Positions 1 to 12,123 of a DNA stretch of 64,000 bases are shown one piece after another. The stretch lies in contig CAWFDF010000003.1 of NCBI GenBank assembly GCA_963814585.1, positions 192,001 to 256,000 of the forward strand, given 5' to 3'. Numbering within the stretch: position 1 is the stretch's first letter; each line of letters opens with the position of its first letter. Source of the DNA: an uncultured delta proteobacterium. GTDB taxonomy: Bacteria; Myxococcota; Myxococcia; Myxococcales; Anaeromyxobacteraceae. The notes under the pieces are model-generated. The model was not told where the DNA came from. It did no database searches and saw nothing but the letters and a program-made list of their open reading frames with translations. The translations under genes and the position numbers were made by a program.

Positions 1-1172
1 CGCTGCTGGCCGCGCCGCCGCGCGAGTCACCGCTGGCGAAGGTCGCCGCCCGGGACGGCGACGCCGCCTTCCGCGCCGAGGTCGAGGGCGCGCTCGCCGG
101 CGAGCTCCTCCCGGCCATGCGGCGCTACCGCGACGTCCTGGCCGCCGAGTACCTGCCCCGGGCCCGGGCCGTTCCCGGGGTCCTGGCGCTGCCGGACGGC
201 GCGGCCTGCTACCAGGCGGCGGTGCGCCGGTTCCTCACGCTCCAGGTCCCGGCCGCCGAGATCCACGCCATCGGCCTGGCCGAGCTGGCCCGCCTCCGCG
301 GCGAGATGGGGGTCCTCGCCGAGCGGAGGTTCGGCAGCCGCGACGTGCCGGCGGTGCTGGAGCGGCTCCGCAGCGACCCTGCCTTCCGGTTCGGGTCGTC
401 CCGGGAGATCGTCGCGGCGGCGGAGGCGGCCGTCGACCGGGCCTGGGCGGCGGCGCCGCGGTGGTTCGCCAGGCTCCCCGCCGCCCGGGTGCGCATCGAG
501 CCCTACCCGGAGTTCCGGCGGGTCAGCGCGCCCATGGACTCCTACGACACCGGCACCTCGGCGAGCGGCGGTGACGGGATCTACCGGATCAACGCCTTCG
601 TCCCGCCGTCGCGGAGCCGGGCCGGGCTCGAGGCGATCGCCTTCCACGAGACCGTCCCCGGCCACCACCTCCAGACCGCCCTGGCCCGGGAGTCGGCCGC
701 CGCCCCGGCCGCGCAGTGGATCTGGAACTCCGGCTACGGCGAGGGCTGGGCGCTCTACACCGAGGGGCTGGCCGAGGAGATGGGGCTCTACACCTCCGAC
801 GTCGATCGGATGGGGCGCCTCTCCTCCGAGGCGCTGCGCGCCGCCCGGCTGGTGGTGGACTCGGGGATGCACGCGCTGGGGTGGTCGCGCCAGCGGGCCC
901 TCGACTTCCTGCTCGCCAACACCGCCGTGAGCGCCACGCTGGCCGCCTCGGAGGTGGACCGCTACGCGGCGGTGCCGGGGCAGGCCGTCTCCTACACGCT
1001 CGGGGCCCTGGAGATCGCCCGACTCCGGGCCGAGGCCGAGCGCACCCTCGGACCGCGCTTCGACGTCCGCTCGTTCCACGACGCGGTGCTCGGCTCCGGG
1101 ACGCTGCCGCTCCCGACGCTGCGCCAGCAGGTGGGGGCGTGGGTGTCGAGCCGGGCCCAGCGCCCTCCGTGA
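1..1172 (+). CDS. DUF885 family protein (putative metallopeptidase), 5'-truncated by window edge
   Basis: Frame is open from the window start into ORF 117..1172. Motifs HETVPGHHLQ, YGEGWALYTE, RAARLVVDSGMH, EVDRY..PGQA.SY.LG and FHDAVL..G.LPL are typical of DUF885. Confidence 0.85.
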   Translation, partial: LLAAPPRESPLAKVAARDGDAAFRAEVEGALAGELLPAMRRYRDVLAAEYLPRARAVPGVLALPDGAACYQAAVRRFLTLQVPAAEIHAIGLAELARLRGEMGVLAERRFGSRDVPAVLERLRSDPAFRFGSSREIVAAAEAAVDRAWAAAPRWFARLPAARVRIEPYPEFRRVSAPMDSYDTGTSASGGDGIYRINAFVPPSRSRAGLEAIAFHETVPGHHLQTALARESAAAPAAQWIWNSGYGEGWALYTEGLAEEMGLYTSDVDRMGRLSSEALRAARLVVDSGMHALGWSRQRALDFLLANTAVSATLAASEVDRYAAVPGQAVSYTLGALEIARLRAEAERTLGPRFDVRSFHDAVLGSGTLPLPTLRQQVGAWVSSRAQRPP

Positions 1173-1238
1173 GGCCGGCGGGAGAGCGGGCCCGGCGCGT
1201 CCTGGCCAGGGGCACCGCCGGCGCGGCGCCGTCGCCCG

Positions 1239-2403
1239 CTACAGCTCCGCCTCGCGCCGGCGGCCGAGCAGGCGGTCCTTGACCGCCACCAGCCCCAGCC
1301 CGGCCAGCACGGTGAGCGGCGGGCGCGCCAGCAGCGTGTACTGGGGCCACTTGGTGGGCCAGGCCAGCAGGAAGAGCAGGCCGACGACGGCCCAGGCCAG
1401 CCAGACCGGGCGGTGGCGCGCCGCGTAGGGCACGCCCAGCGCCGCGGCCGGCAGGAGCAGCAGGTCGAGCCAGCCGAAGGGGAAGACGCCGGGGTGCCAC
1501 CCGACCGGCGTCGATCGGGTCAGGTAGTAGAGCTGGTACCACCACGGCAGGCCGCTCTTCTTCACGTGCTCGGTCTGCGTGTACTGGAAGTGGAAGGCCA
1601 CCGAGTTCCAGAGCCGGTCCAGCGTGTCGTTCCAGAGGAACGGATCGGCGGCCAGGAAGGCGAGCAGCACCGTGGCGCCCGCGCCGGCCAGCAGCCAGGG
1701 GCGGTGGTGTCCGCGCTGGATCAGGAAGGGGAGGAAGGTCGCCAGCAGCACCAGGCCGTACGGGTACTTCCCGGCGGCGGCCAGCCCGACCAGCACGGCG
1801 GCCGCCAGCAGCGGGGCCGGCGAGAGCGTGGGCGGCCCCGGGAGCAGCCCGGGCGGCTCGCGCCGGCGCAGCGCCCGCTCGAAGAGCAGGACGGCGAGGA
1901 TGGCGAAGAGGCCGGGCAGCCCCTCGACGTAGGCCTGCGCCGTGTACTTGGCGTGGTAGGTGTCGAACGCCAGCCAGAGCGCGCCGAGCGGCGAGACCAG
2001 CGCCTCGAGGAGCACCTGGGCCACCCCGGTGGCGGCGGAGAGGATGCGCGGGCCGTGGAAGGCGGCCCGGGCCTGCCGGCGGGATGGGCCGGCCCACCTC
2101 CACCCGGTCCCACTCCGGCTCGGTGGCCCCGGTCCGCTTCAGCACCAGCCCGTAGGCCAACTTCACCAGGGGTGGATGCTCCTCGTTCTCCTTGACGTCG
2201 GCGATCTCGGCCCAGCGCCCCGGGACCATCCGCTCGGCGTAGCGGAAGCCGGCCGGGAGGTAGGCGAACTCGTCGTAGTCGGGTGGGAGCCGTTCGACGG
2301 CGACGCCGCGGACCCAGGTGGCGGCGGCGGCCGCGAGCAGCCCGACCAGGAGGGCGGTGAGGTGGCGAGGGCGCCGGGGCACGGAGTGGCCGCAGGAAAG
2401 CAC
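1239..2403 (-). CDS. Polytopic membrane glycosyltransferase-like protein (GT-C, ArnT/PMT-like), split by one frameshift near 2070
   Basis: The N-terminal frame has a TM helix followed by PDYDE..Y and EHPPLVK, typical of the GT-C first loop. The C-terminal frame 1239..2024 is hydrophobic and contains GLAAAGKY. Start may be the GTG at 2382. Confidence 0.6.
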
Positions 2404-2480
2404 GAACCGTGGCCGAGGTCACGATACCGGGCAGCCCGGGGAGTGGGTGGCGGGCCGGCTCCCGCGGTATAAGCCCTCCC

Positions 2481-4313
<1,833 letters not shown>

Positions 4314-4329
4314 CCCGGGGCCGGCGCCG

Positions 4330-5205
4330 TCAGTTGCGGGTGACGCGCTCCACCCGGAAGGTGCTCCCCACCTGGCGGTGGTAGTAGAGCGCCTTCCCGT
4401 CGGCGGTCGGCGCCGCCGCCTCCACCAGGCCGCCCGCCAGCGCCTCGATGGGCGCGGGGGCGCCCCACGGCGAGGCGGTGTTGGGCCGCCGGGAGCGGAA
4501 GACGGCGGTGGCGCCGGCGCCGACGATCCGCGTGAAGTAGAGCTCCAGCCCGTCGGCCGAGACCGCCGGGGCGTACGTCGTGGCGCCGAGCGGGTTGACC
4601 GCCTCGAGCAGGGTCACGCCGCCGGGCGAGCGGACGAAGCCGGTGGCGGTCCTCTCCGCCAGCCGAAGGGAGGCGGCGCCGAGGCTGCCGCTGCCGTAGT
4701 AGCCCTCGGCGAACCAGAGCTGGGTGCCGTCGCGGGAGACGAAGGCGTCGAAGATCACCCACCCCTCACCCTGCGACTCGAGCCCCGGCACCTCCTCCAC
4801 CCCGGTCACGGCTCCGGCCGCGAAGACCCCGCGGTGGACCGTGAAGCGGTGGGACGCGGTGTAGGCGCGCAGCGAGATGAAGTAGAGGTTCCCCGCCTCG
4901 TCCATCGAGGGGACGGCGTCCAGCGCCGTGGAGTTGGCGCCGGCGACGGGACCGTGGTCGACGAAGGTGAGGTCGTCGAGGCGCGTCGCCCATCGGAGGT
5001 CGGTGTCGACGCCGGACGCGTTGGAGTCGTTGAAGAACAGGAGCTGCCCGTCCGGGGAGAGCGCCGGCTCCATGGCGACGCCCGCGTAGCCCTGGATCGC
5101 CACCGGCCGGGGGGCGCCGAACGGGTTGGGATCGGCCGGCAGCCCCTCGCCGCAGGCCGCCAGCCAGACCAGCAGCACCGCGCCTCGCCGCGTCCCCAGC
5201 GTCAT
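4330..5205 (-). CDS. Lipoprotein with TolB/PD40-like (WD40-like) beta-propeller repeats
   Basis: GGAGGT precedes the ATG at 5205. Lipobox WLAAC. Repeats EPALSPDGQLLFF, VSRDGTQLWF, PAVSADGLELYF and PTADGKALYY. Confidence 0.7.
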   Translation of the reverse strand: MTLGTRRGAVLLVWLAACGEGLPADPNPFGAPRPVAIQGYAGVAMEPALSPDGQLLFFNDSNASGVDTDLRWATRLDDLTFVDHGPVAGANSTALDAVPSMDEAGNLYFISLRAYTASHRFTVHRGVFAAGAVTGVEEVPGLESQGEGWVIFDAFVSRDGTQLWFAEGYYGSGSLGAASLRLAERTATGFVRSPGGVTLLEAVNPLGATTYAPAVSADGLELYFTRIVGAGATAVFRSRRPNTASPWGAPAPIEALAGGLVEAAAPTADGKALYYHRQVGSTFRVERVTRN

Positions 5206-5237
5206 GCCGACCTCCGCGCCCATGATAGGGCGGCGGG

Positions 5238-6188
5238 TCAGCCGGCCGCCACCCGCAGCTCGCCGGCGGCCACCGCGTCGACCAGCGCCTCGCCGGCGCG
5301 CAGCCGGGTGCCGGGCCAGAGGACCGCCCGGTCCACCCGCGCGCCGGAAGGCACCACGCACCCCTCGCCGATGACCACCTCCTCGCCGACCCGGGCCCCG
5401 GGGTCGATCCGGGCGCTCCCGGCGATGCGCCGGGGCGCCGGCAGGCCGAAGCGGGCGAGCGGGAAGCGCCCCGCCGCGACGTCCAGGTTGGCGGCCAGGT
5501 AGGCGGCCGGCGTGCCGAGGTCGCTCCAGGCGCCGTGGGTGACGAGCCCGCGCACCAGCCCGCGGGCCATGAGCGGAGGGTAGACGTCGCGGTTGACGTC
5601 GCACTCGAAGGGAGCGGGCGGGACCAGCGCCAGCAGCTCGGGCGAGACGACGTGGAGCCCGGGGAAGTGCCACGGCGTCAGGTCGGCGCCGCCCGGCCCG
5701 AACCTCCCGCCGAGGCGCCGCACCCGTCCGCCGGCGTCGATCTCGACGCTCCCGTAGCCGGCTCCCGGCGGCATGGGCAGCAGCGCCATGGTGGCGAGCG
5801 CGCCGGTGGCGCGGTGAGCGGAGAGCGCGGCCCGGACGTCGGCGTCGAAGAGGACGTCACCGTTGAGGACCACCACCGCCTCGGCCCCGGCCAGCAGCGG
5901 CGTCGCCTCGCGCAGCGCCCCGCCGGTGCCGGCGATGACCGGTTCGCGGGAGACGGCGAGCTCCAGCCCCAGCTCGCCCGCCGCCGCGCGCGCCGCCGCC
6001 TCCATCGCCTCCGCCAGGTGGTGGACGTTGATCACCACGCGCCGGATCCCGGCGCCGGCCAGCAGGCCGAGCGCGTGGCGGATGAGCGGCCGGTGGCAGA
6101 CCGGCACCGCCGGCTTCGGGACCAGGCCGGTGAGCGGGCGGAGCCGGGTGCCGAGCCCGGCGCAGAGGACCACGCCAGCGAGCGCCAT
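5238..6188 (-). CDS. NDP-sugar pyrophosphorylase / nucleotidyltransferase (MurU / mannose-1-P guanylyltransferase-like)
   Basis: Motifs VVLCAGLGTRLRPLT...PKP, E..IAGTGGAL, NGDV and WSDLGTP..YL, with a C-terminal hexapeptide-like repeat. Confidence 0.85.
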   Translation of the reverse strand: MALAGVVLCAGLGTRLRPLTGLVPKPAVPVCHRPLIRHALGLLAGAGIRRVVINVHHLAEAMEAAARAAAGELGLELAVSREPVIAGTGGALREATPLLAGAEAVVVLNGDVLFDADVRAALSAHRATGALATMALLPMPPGAGYGSVEIDAGGRVRRLGGRFGPGGADLTPWHFPGLHVVSPELLALVPPAPFECDVNRDVYPPLMARGLVRGLVTHGAWSDLGTPAAYLAANLDVAAGRFPLARFGLPAPRRIAGSARIDPGARVGEEVVIGEGCVVPSGARVDRAVLWPGTRLRAGEALVDAVAAGELRVAAG

Positions 6189-6208
6189 GGTATGGGCCAC
6201 CCTACCAG

Positions 6209-7383
6209 ATGGCTCCGGCGTGGCGGCTGCGTCTCATCTACTTCCTCTATTACGGCGCGGTCGGGACCACCCTCCCCTACTTCGCCCCCTACCTGCGCGA
6301 CCTCGGCTTCTCCGGGAGCGCCATCGGCACCGTGCAGATGCTGGCCCCGCTGATCGCGCCGGCGGCCGCGCTGGGCTGGGCCGCGCTGGCCGATCGGACC
6401 GGCGCGCCGGAGCGGACCTTGCGGCTCGCCACCTCCGTGTCGCTGGCCGCGGCCGTCTTCCTGCCGGTGGCCCGGACCCCGCTGGCGGTCGGCGCGGTGG
6501 TGCTGCTCCAGTCGGTGGGCGACCGGGCGGTGGTGCCGCTGCTCGACTCGCTCACCATGGCGCACGTCCACCGGTCCCCGGGCCGGAGCTACGCGAGGAT
6601 CCGGCTGGGCGGGTCGCTCGGCTTCCTTGTGCTGGCGCTCCTGGCGGGCGGGCTGCTGGCCTGGCGCGGCGACCGGCCGGCCGACCCGCTGGTGCCGTGG
6701 CTGATCGTCTCGCTGGTGGCCGGCTACGCGCTCGCCGTCCGCGGCCTCCCCCACGCCGCGCCGCCCGGTGGCGAGCGCCCGGGCTGGCTGGCGGTCCGGA
6801 CGCTGCTCGCCGATCGCCGCCTGCTCCTGGTGCTGGTCGGCGGCGCCATCCACTGGCTGGCCTGCGCTCCGTTCCACCTCTTCTTCGGCCTGCTGGTGCG
6901 CGACCGGTCGCTGCCCTCGGCGGTGACCGGCCTGGGGATGGGGCCGGGGTGCTGGCCGAGATGGCGGTGCTGCTGGCCTTCCCGCGCCTGGCCGGGCGCT
7001 GGTCGCTGACCGGGCTCTTCGCCACCGCCTTCGCCGGGTCGGCGCTCCGCTGGCTGGCGCTCTCCCAGGCCGAGGGCGCCGCGGCGGTGATCGCGCTGCA
7101 GCTCCTGCACGGGCTCACCTTCGGCCTCTTCTGGAGCTGCTCGGTCGAGGCCATGTCGCGGCTGGTCCCGGCCCCGCTGCGCGCCACCGGGCAGGCCCTC
7201 TTCACCGCGGTGGTCTTCGGCGGCGGGAACGCCGTCGGCTACCAGCTGGCCGGGCTGGCGCTCGATCACTACGGCCGCACGCCGCCCCTGTTCGCCTGGG
7301 CGGGCGCCGTCGAGGTGCTGCCGCTCCTCGGCGCGATCCTGCTGCTGCGGCGGGTCAGAGCTGGCGCAAGGTCCTGGCCTTGA
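6209..7383 (+). CDS. MFS transporter (MFS_1-like, HcaT/YwbF-like), frameshift near 6940
   Basis: The N-half (6209 frame) has YFLYYG..G...PY and YARIRLGGSLGF. The C-half continues in another frame (GVLAEM...QLLHGLTFGLFW...GQALF) to the stop at 7383. The break lies in a G-run. Confidence 0.8.
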
Positions 7384-7954
7384 GCGCGCTGCGCAGGCAG
7401 AGGAAGAGCTCGGCGGTGGCGATGGCGTCGGTCAGGGCGTCGTGGGCCTGGTACTCGGGGAGGCCGAGGCGGCGCCGCGCCTCGGCCAGGTTGACGCTCG
7501 GATCGGCGTCCTGGTAGCCGGTGTGGGTGATGCGCCGCTTGCGGTCGAGCTTGAGGAGCAGCTCCACGGTGTCCACGATGGGTGGCGCCGGCCAGCGGCG
7601 GTCGAGGCGCTGGTAGGCCTGCCTGAGGAACGCCACGTCGATGGCCTGGTGGTGGACCAGCAGGGCCCCCTCTCGCACCCGCCGATCCACCTCGGCGAGG
7701 ACCGCGGGGAGCGGCGGCGCCTCGCGCACCTCCCCCTGGACCAGCTGGTGGGCGCACACCGACTCCGGCTTGATCTCGCGGCCGTCCTCGGGGCGCACCA
7801 GCGTCCGGTAGGCGTCCCCGAGACGGATGACGCCCCTCCGGATGGGGAGCATGCCCAGCGCGATGATGGGATCCTGCAGCGGGTCGAGGCCGCCGGTCTC
7901 GATGTCGAGGGCCCAGTAGGTGACCGCGTCCCAGGCCGGAGAGGTGGAGAACAC
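7355..7954 (-). CDS. DEDDh 3'-5' exonuclease (DNA polymerase III epsilon-like)
   Basis: Exo motifs ALDIETGGLDP, HHQAID.AFL and HDALTDAIATAELF. Confidence 0.9.
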   Translation of the reverse strand: MFSTSPAWDAVTYWALDIETGGLDPLQDPIIALGMLPIRRGVIRLGDAYRTLVRPEDGREIKPESVCAHQLVQGEVREAPPLPAVLAEVDRRVREGALLVHHQAIDVAFLRQAYQRLDRRWPAPPIVDTVELLLKLDRKRRITHTGYQDADPSVNLAEARRRLGLPEYQAHDALTDAIATAELFLCLRSALKARTLRQL

Positions 7955-7978
7955 GGGGCATCCTACCCCGTGCCTCGA

Positions 7979-9781
7979 TCAGAACGAGGCCTGGTAGTGG
8001 TAGGCGGCCATGTCCTGCCAGCTCCTGATGGCGCGGAAGGCGTCCTTGAGGCGGCTACGCTCGATGGCGCTGAGGTCGCCGAAGGCCAGCCTGTTGACGA
8101 CCGGCTTGCCCCCGGAGGCCTGCTTGAGCTGCTCGCGCAGGCGCAGCCCGAGCAGGAACTTGTAGGCCTCGCCCACCACGGCGAAGACCTCCTGGCTCAT
8201 CAACCCGGCCCTGACCGCCGCCTCGAGCCGGGCCCGGGTGTTCCGCTCGCGGCTGCCGATCTCCAGCCCGTAGCAGCGGGCCAGGAGCACGATGGGGGCC
8301 AGCCCCTGCATCTTCAGGTCGAGCGCGGCGGACTCCCGCAGCCGCAGCAGGAGGGCGTTGGGGGGCCGCAGGTCGAGCGCGGCGCGGGCCAGGTAGCGGA
8401 GGAAGACCGGGTGGCGAGCGGTGCCGCCCAGCGCCTCCTCCAGCGGCTCGAGGTCGAGCGCGCCCCCCACCTTGCGGAAGTCGAAGAAGGTGGAGGCCTC
8501 GAGCAGCTCCTGCGGCTGCCGGCTCTCGAACCAGGCGGCGAAGCGCTGGAGCCACTCCGACATCGTGCCCAGCCAGTTCCGCGCCATGTAGCCGCCGTGG
8601 CAGGGCGGGAAGCCGGCCGCCTCGAGGTCGGCGTTCACCCGCCCGGCCAGCGCCAGGTACCAGTCGCGGCGCGGCCCGCCGCCGTCGCCGAAGACCAGCG
8701 CGTTGTCCTGGTCGGTGAGGAGCGTCTGCTCCATCCGCCCCTCCGATCCCATCGCCATCCAGGCGTAGGGCGCCGGCGGGGGACCGAGATCGGCCTCGGC
8801 GAACGCCAGCAGGCGGCGCAGCAGCGCGTCGTTGAGCCGGGCCACGTAGCCGGCGATGAGGCCGGCCTCCAGCCCGCCGGCCAGCAGCGACGCCACCATC
8901 TCCATCACCTTGGCGGCGTAGCCCGGCAGCCCCGACCGATCGGCCATCCGCTCCACGCGGCGCAGCACGGCGACCGGGCCTGGCGCGTGGACCCGGAGCA
9001 GGTCGGTGGAGGTGAGGACCCCGGCGATCTCGTCGCCGCGGCGGATGGGCAGGTGGTGGCTGCCGGTGTCGAGCAGCGTGGTCCAGGCCGCCGAGATGGG
9101 CGTGCTGGCCTCCACGGCGCGCAGCGGGCGGGAGACGACGGAGGCGACCGGCGTGGCCGGCCCCAGCTCGTCGGCCAGCACCCGGTTGCGGAAGTCGCGG
9201 TCGGTGACGATGCCGGGCGGGTCGCCGCGCACCAGCACCGACGAGACCTTCTGGTCCCGCATGACGCGGGCCGCCTCGCCCACGGTGGCGTCGGCCTCCA
9301 CCCAGACGGCGGTGCGGCGCAGCAGCTGCCCCACCTCCAGCTGCAGGTCGGCCTTGAAGGTGGTGACCGGCGAGTGCTCGAGGCTGCTCTTGAGGCGCTG
9401 CGAGAGCCCCACCGCGAAGTGGCCGGCGAAGCGGGCGTCCCCCAGCAGCCGCTGGAACAGGTCCGCCGGCAGCCGGTAGGCGAGCAGGTCCTCCTCGACC
9501 CGCACGTCGAGCGTGGCCTTGCCGACGATCAGCGAGGTGTAGCCGAAGGTCTCGCCCTCCTCCAGCACCTGCAGCGTCTGCCCCTCGCGCTCCAGCCGGA
9601 CCGAGCCCTTGCGGATGACGTAGAGGTGCTGCAGCGGCGGCGCGCCGACGCGCACCAGCTGCGTGCCAGCAGGGTAGTAGCCGATCTCGAGCGAGGCGGC
9701 GGCCGCGTCGAAGAGCGAGGCGGGCAGGGCGTGGAAGGGCGGCGTCGAGCGGAGGAAGGCGACGGGATCGAGGGTGGCCAT
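7979..9781 (-). CDS. cNMP-binding + CBS pair + DUF294 putative nucleotidyltransferase
   Basis: N-terminal cNMP domain (LYVIRKGSV, GETFGY), CBS repeats (GIVTDRDFRNRV), the NTase motif MGSEGRMEQTLLTDQDNAL, and DUF294_C (FFDFR, LDLK). Confidence 0.9.
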   Translation of the reverse strand: MATLDPVAFLRSTPPFHALPASLFDAAAASLEIGYYPAGTQLVRVGAPPLQHLYVIRKGSVRLEREGQTLQVLEEGETFGYTSLIVGKATLDVRVEEDLLAYRLPADLFQRLLGDARFAGHFAVGLSQRLKSSLEHSPVTTFKADLQLEVGQLLRRTAVWVEADATVGEAARVMRDQKVSSVLVRGDPPGIVTDRDFRNRVLADELGPATPVASVVSRPLRAVEASTPISAAWTTLLDTGSHHLPIRRGDEIAGVLTSTDLLRVHAPGPVAVLRRVERMADRSGLPGYAAKVMEMVASLLAGGLEAGLIAGYVARLNDALLRRLLAFAEADLGPPPAPYAWMAMGSEGRMEQTLLTDQDNALVFGDGGGPRRDWYLALAGRVNADLEAAGFPPCHGGYMARNWLGTMSEWLQRFAAWFESRQPQELLEASTFFDFRKVGGALDLEPLEEALGGTARHPVFLRYLARAALDLRPPNALLLRLRESAALDLKMQGLAPIVLLARCYGLEIGSRERNTRARLEAAVRAGLMSQEVFAVVGEAYKFLLGLRLREQLKQASGGKPVVNRLAFGDLSAIERSRLKDAFRAIRSWQDMAAYHYQASF

Positions 9782-10095
9782 CCTGGAGGACAGCCTACGC
9801 GAGGCCGCTCACCGCCGCGAGCGGTTCGGCGCCGGCCGGAGGTCCACGCCACGGATCGCGACAATTGCGCGCACCCCCGGCGGTGGCGACGCGCGCCCCT
9901 GCGACAAGAAGGCACCCACGCCGCAGAGGCTGCGCGCAGGCATTGCGCCGTCGGCCTTCGTGGACCAATCCGATGGGCGAAGATTGACACCAGTCGGCGA
10001 AAATCCAATCGGACATTGGCAATCGCTAGGCGCGCCTCGAACTTTCTGCTAAGCGAATCGGCCTCACCTTTCCAACCCCTCCTCAGGAGACGACG

Positions 10096-10437
10096 ATGAC
10101 CGCCACCTCCAGGCCCGCCGAAGGCGGCAAGAGCCCGACCGAGCTGATCGAGTCCCCGGACTTCCGGGCGCTGGTGAAGACCCGCTGGTCGGTGAGCTTC
10201 ACGCTGCTGGCCCTGCTGTTCGTCGGCTACTACGGCTACATCCTGCTGGTGGCCTCCTTCCCCGCCGTGGTGGCGCGCCGCGTCTCCGACGCCCCGGGCG
10301 CCATCACCAACCTCGGCCTGGTGCTGGGCATCGGCACCCTGGTCTTCGCGTGGATCCTCACCGCCATCTACGTGGTCTGGGCCAACCGCGCCTACGACCC
10401 CGAGGTCGAGCGGCTCAAGGGCCAGCTGAAGCGCTGA
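10096..10437 (+). CDS. DUF485 (YjcH-like) small membrane partner of ActP
   Basis: Two TM helices, SPDFRALVK.R and YVVWANRAYD. AGGAG RBS. Sits directly upstream of the SSS transporter. Confidence 0.9.
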   Translation: MTATSRPAEGGKSPTELIESPDFRALVKTRWSVSFTLLALLFVGYYGYILLVASFPAVVARRVSDAPGAITNLGLVLGIGTLVFAWILTAIYVVWANRAYDPEVERLKGQLKR

Positions 10438-10467
10438 CGCCACCCGCGACCTCCGGAGCCCGACCAC

Positions 10468-12087
10468 ATGCCTCCCGCCACCGCCCCCGCCGCCGCCGCC
10501 GCCCCGGCCTTCGAGTCCTCGCTCGGAAGGCCGACCTTCGCCTCGATCGGCTTCTTCTTCCTCATCGTCCTCATCACGCTGCTGATCACCTGGTGGGCGG
10601 CGCGCAAGACCAAGACCTCGTCGGAGTACTACGCCGCCGGCCGCAGCGTCTCGGCGTTGCAGAACGGCTTCGCGCTGGCCGGCGACTACATGTCGGCCGC
10701 CTCGTTCCTCGGCATCTCCGGCATGGTGGCCCTGAAGGGCTACGACGGGATGATCTACGCCACCGGCTGGTTGATGGGCTGGCCGGCGCTGATGTTCCTG
10801 GTGGCCGAGCCGCTCCGCAACCTCGGCAAGTTCACCTTCGCCGACGTGGTGGCCTTCCGGCTGCGCCAGGGACCGGTCCGCATCGCCGCGGCCGTCGGCG
10901 GCATCCTCACCACCATCTTCTACACCATCGCCCAGATGGTCGGCTCCGGCTCGCTCATCGCCCTCATGTTCGGCATGCCCTTCGTGCTGGCCGAGCTGCT
11001 GGTGGGCGCGGTGATGCTGCTCTACGTGCTCTTCGGCGGCATGCTGGCCACCACCTGGGTGCAGATCATCAAGGCCGTCCTGCTCCTCTGCGGCGTGACC
11101 GTGCTGACTGCCCTGGTCCTGTCGAGGTTCGGCTTCAGCCTGCCGGCCCTCTACCAGGCGGCCAACGACCTCTACCCGGCCAAGAACCTGCTGGTGCCGG
11201 GCGACCTCACCAAGTCGCCGCTCGACGCCATCTCGCTCGGCCTGGCGCTGATGTTCGGCCTGCTCGGCCTCCCGCACATCCTCATGCGCTTCTACACCGT
11301 GCCCGACGCCAAGGCGGCGCGGGTCTCGGTGCTCTACGCCACCGGCCTGATCGGCTACTTCTACGTGATCATCCCCATCGTCGGCTTCGGGGCCGCGGTG
11401 CTGCTCTCGGTGAAGGACGCCTCCGGGACCATCACGACGCTGGGCGACAAGGTCGTGGCCGCCTTCGACAAGGGCGGCAACATGGCGGCGCCGCTGCTGG
11501 CCGAGGCCATGTGGGGCTCGGCCTTCCTCGGCTTCATCGCCGCGGTGGCCTTCGCCACCATCCTGGCGGTGGTGGCCGGCCTCACGCTGGCCGGCGCCTC
11601 GGCCTACTCCCACGACATCTACGTCAGCGTCATCAAGAAGGGGCGCGCCACCGAGGAGGAGCAGGTGAAGGCGGCCCGGATCGCCACCGTGATCTTCGGC
11701 ATCGTGGCCGTGGGTCTCGGCATCGCCTTCCAGGGCCAGAACGTGGCCTTCATGGTCGGCCTGGCCTTCGCCATCGCCGCCAGCGCCAACTTCCCGGCGC
11801 TGCTGATGTCCATCACCTGGAAGCGCTTCACCACCTGGGGCGCGGTCTGGTCGATCCTGGTCGGCGCCGTCTGCTCGGTCGGCATGATCGTCCTCTCCAA
11901 GACCGTCTGGGTCGACCTGTTCCACTTCGAGAAGGCCATCTTCCCCATGAAGAACCCGGCCATCTTCTCGATGACGGCGGCCTTCGTGGCCGGCATCGTG
12001 GTCTCGCTGCTCACGCCCGAGCCGGACGCCCAGCGCAAGTTCGAGTCGGAGAAGATCCGCGCCTACCTCGGCGTGGGGGCGGAGTAG
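10468..12087 (+). CDS. actP: Cation/acetate (monocarboxylate) symporter, SSS family
   Basis: Motifs QNGFALAGDYMSAASFLGISG, GGMLATTWVQIIKAVLL, GLPHILMRFYTVPDAK and AFAIAASANFP. Confidence 0.92.
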   Translation: MPPATAPAAAAAPAFESSLGRPTFASIGFFFLIVLITLLITWWAARKTKTSSEYYAAGRSVSALQNGFALAGDYMSAASFLGISGMVALKGYDGMIYATGWLMGWPALMFLVAEPLRNLGKFTFADVVAFRLRQGPVRIAAAVGGILTTIFYTIAQMVGSGSLIALMFGMPFVLAELLVGAVMLLYVLFGGMLATTWVQIIKAVLLLCGVTVLTALVLSRFGFSLPALYQAANDLYPAKNLLVPGDLTKSPLDAISLGLALMFGLLGLPHILMRFYTVPDAKAARVSVLYATGLIGYFYVIIPIVGFGAAVLLSVKDASGTITTLGDKVVAAFDKGGNMAAPLLAEAMWGSAFLGFIAAVAFATILAVVAGLTLAGASAYSHDIYVSVIKKGRATEEEQVKAARIATVIFGIVAVGLGIAFQGQNVAFMVGLAFAIAASANFPALLMSITWKRFTTWGAVWSILVGAVCSVGMIVLSKTVWVDLFHFEKAIFPMKNPAIFSMTAAFVAGIVVSLLTPEPDAQRKFESEKIRAYLGVGAE

Positions 12088-12123
12088 CCGGCCACCCGGG
12101 AGCGCCGACCTCCCCGGGCCCGG

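Noticed and set aside
2404..2480. glmS ribozyme upstream of glmS
   Set aside because: Under 100 bp separates glmS from the divergent gene, there is no recognisable ribozyme core, and a -10-like box sits 7 nt before the ATG.
10017..10032. Sigma54 promoter upstream of DUF485-actP
   Set aside because: GG-N10-GC spacing is present (TGGCAATCGCTAGGCG), but the -12 element lacks TTGC. Too weak to call.
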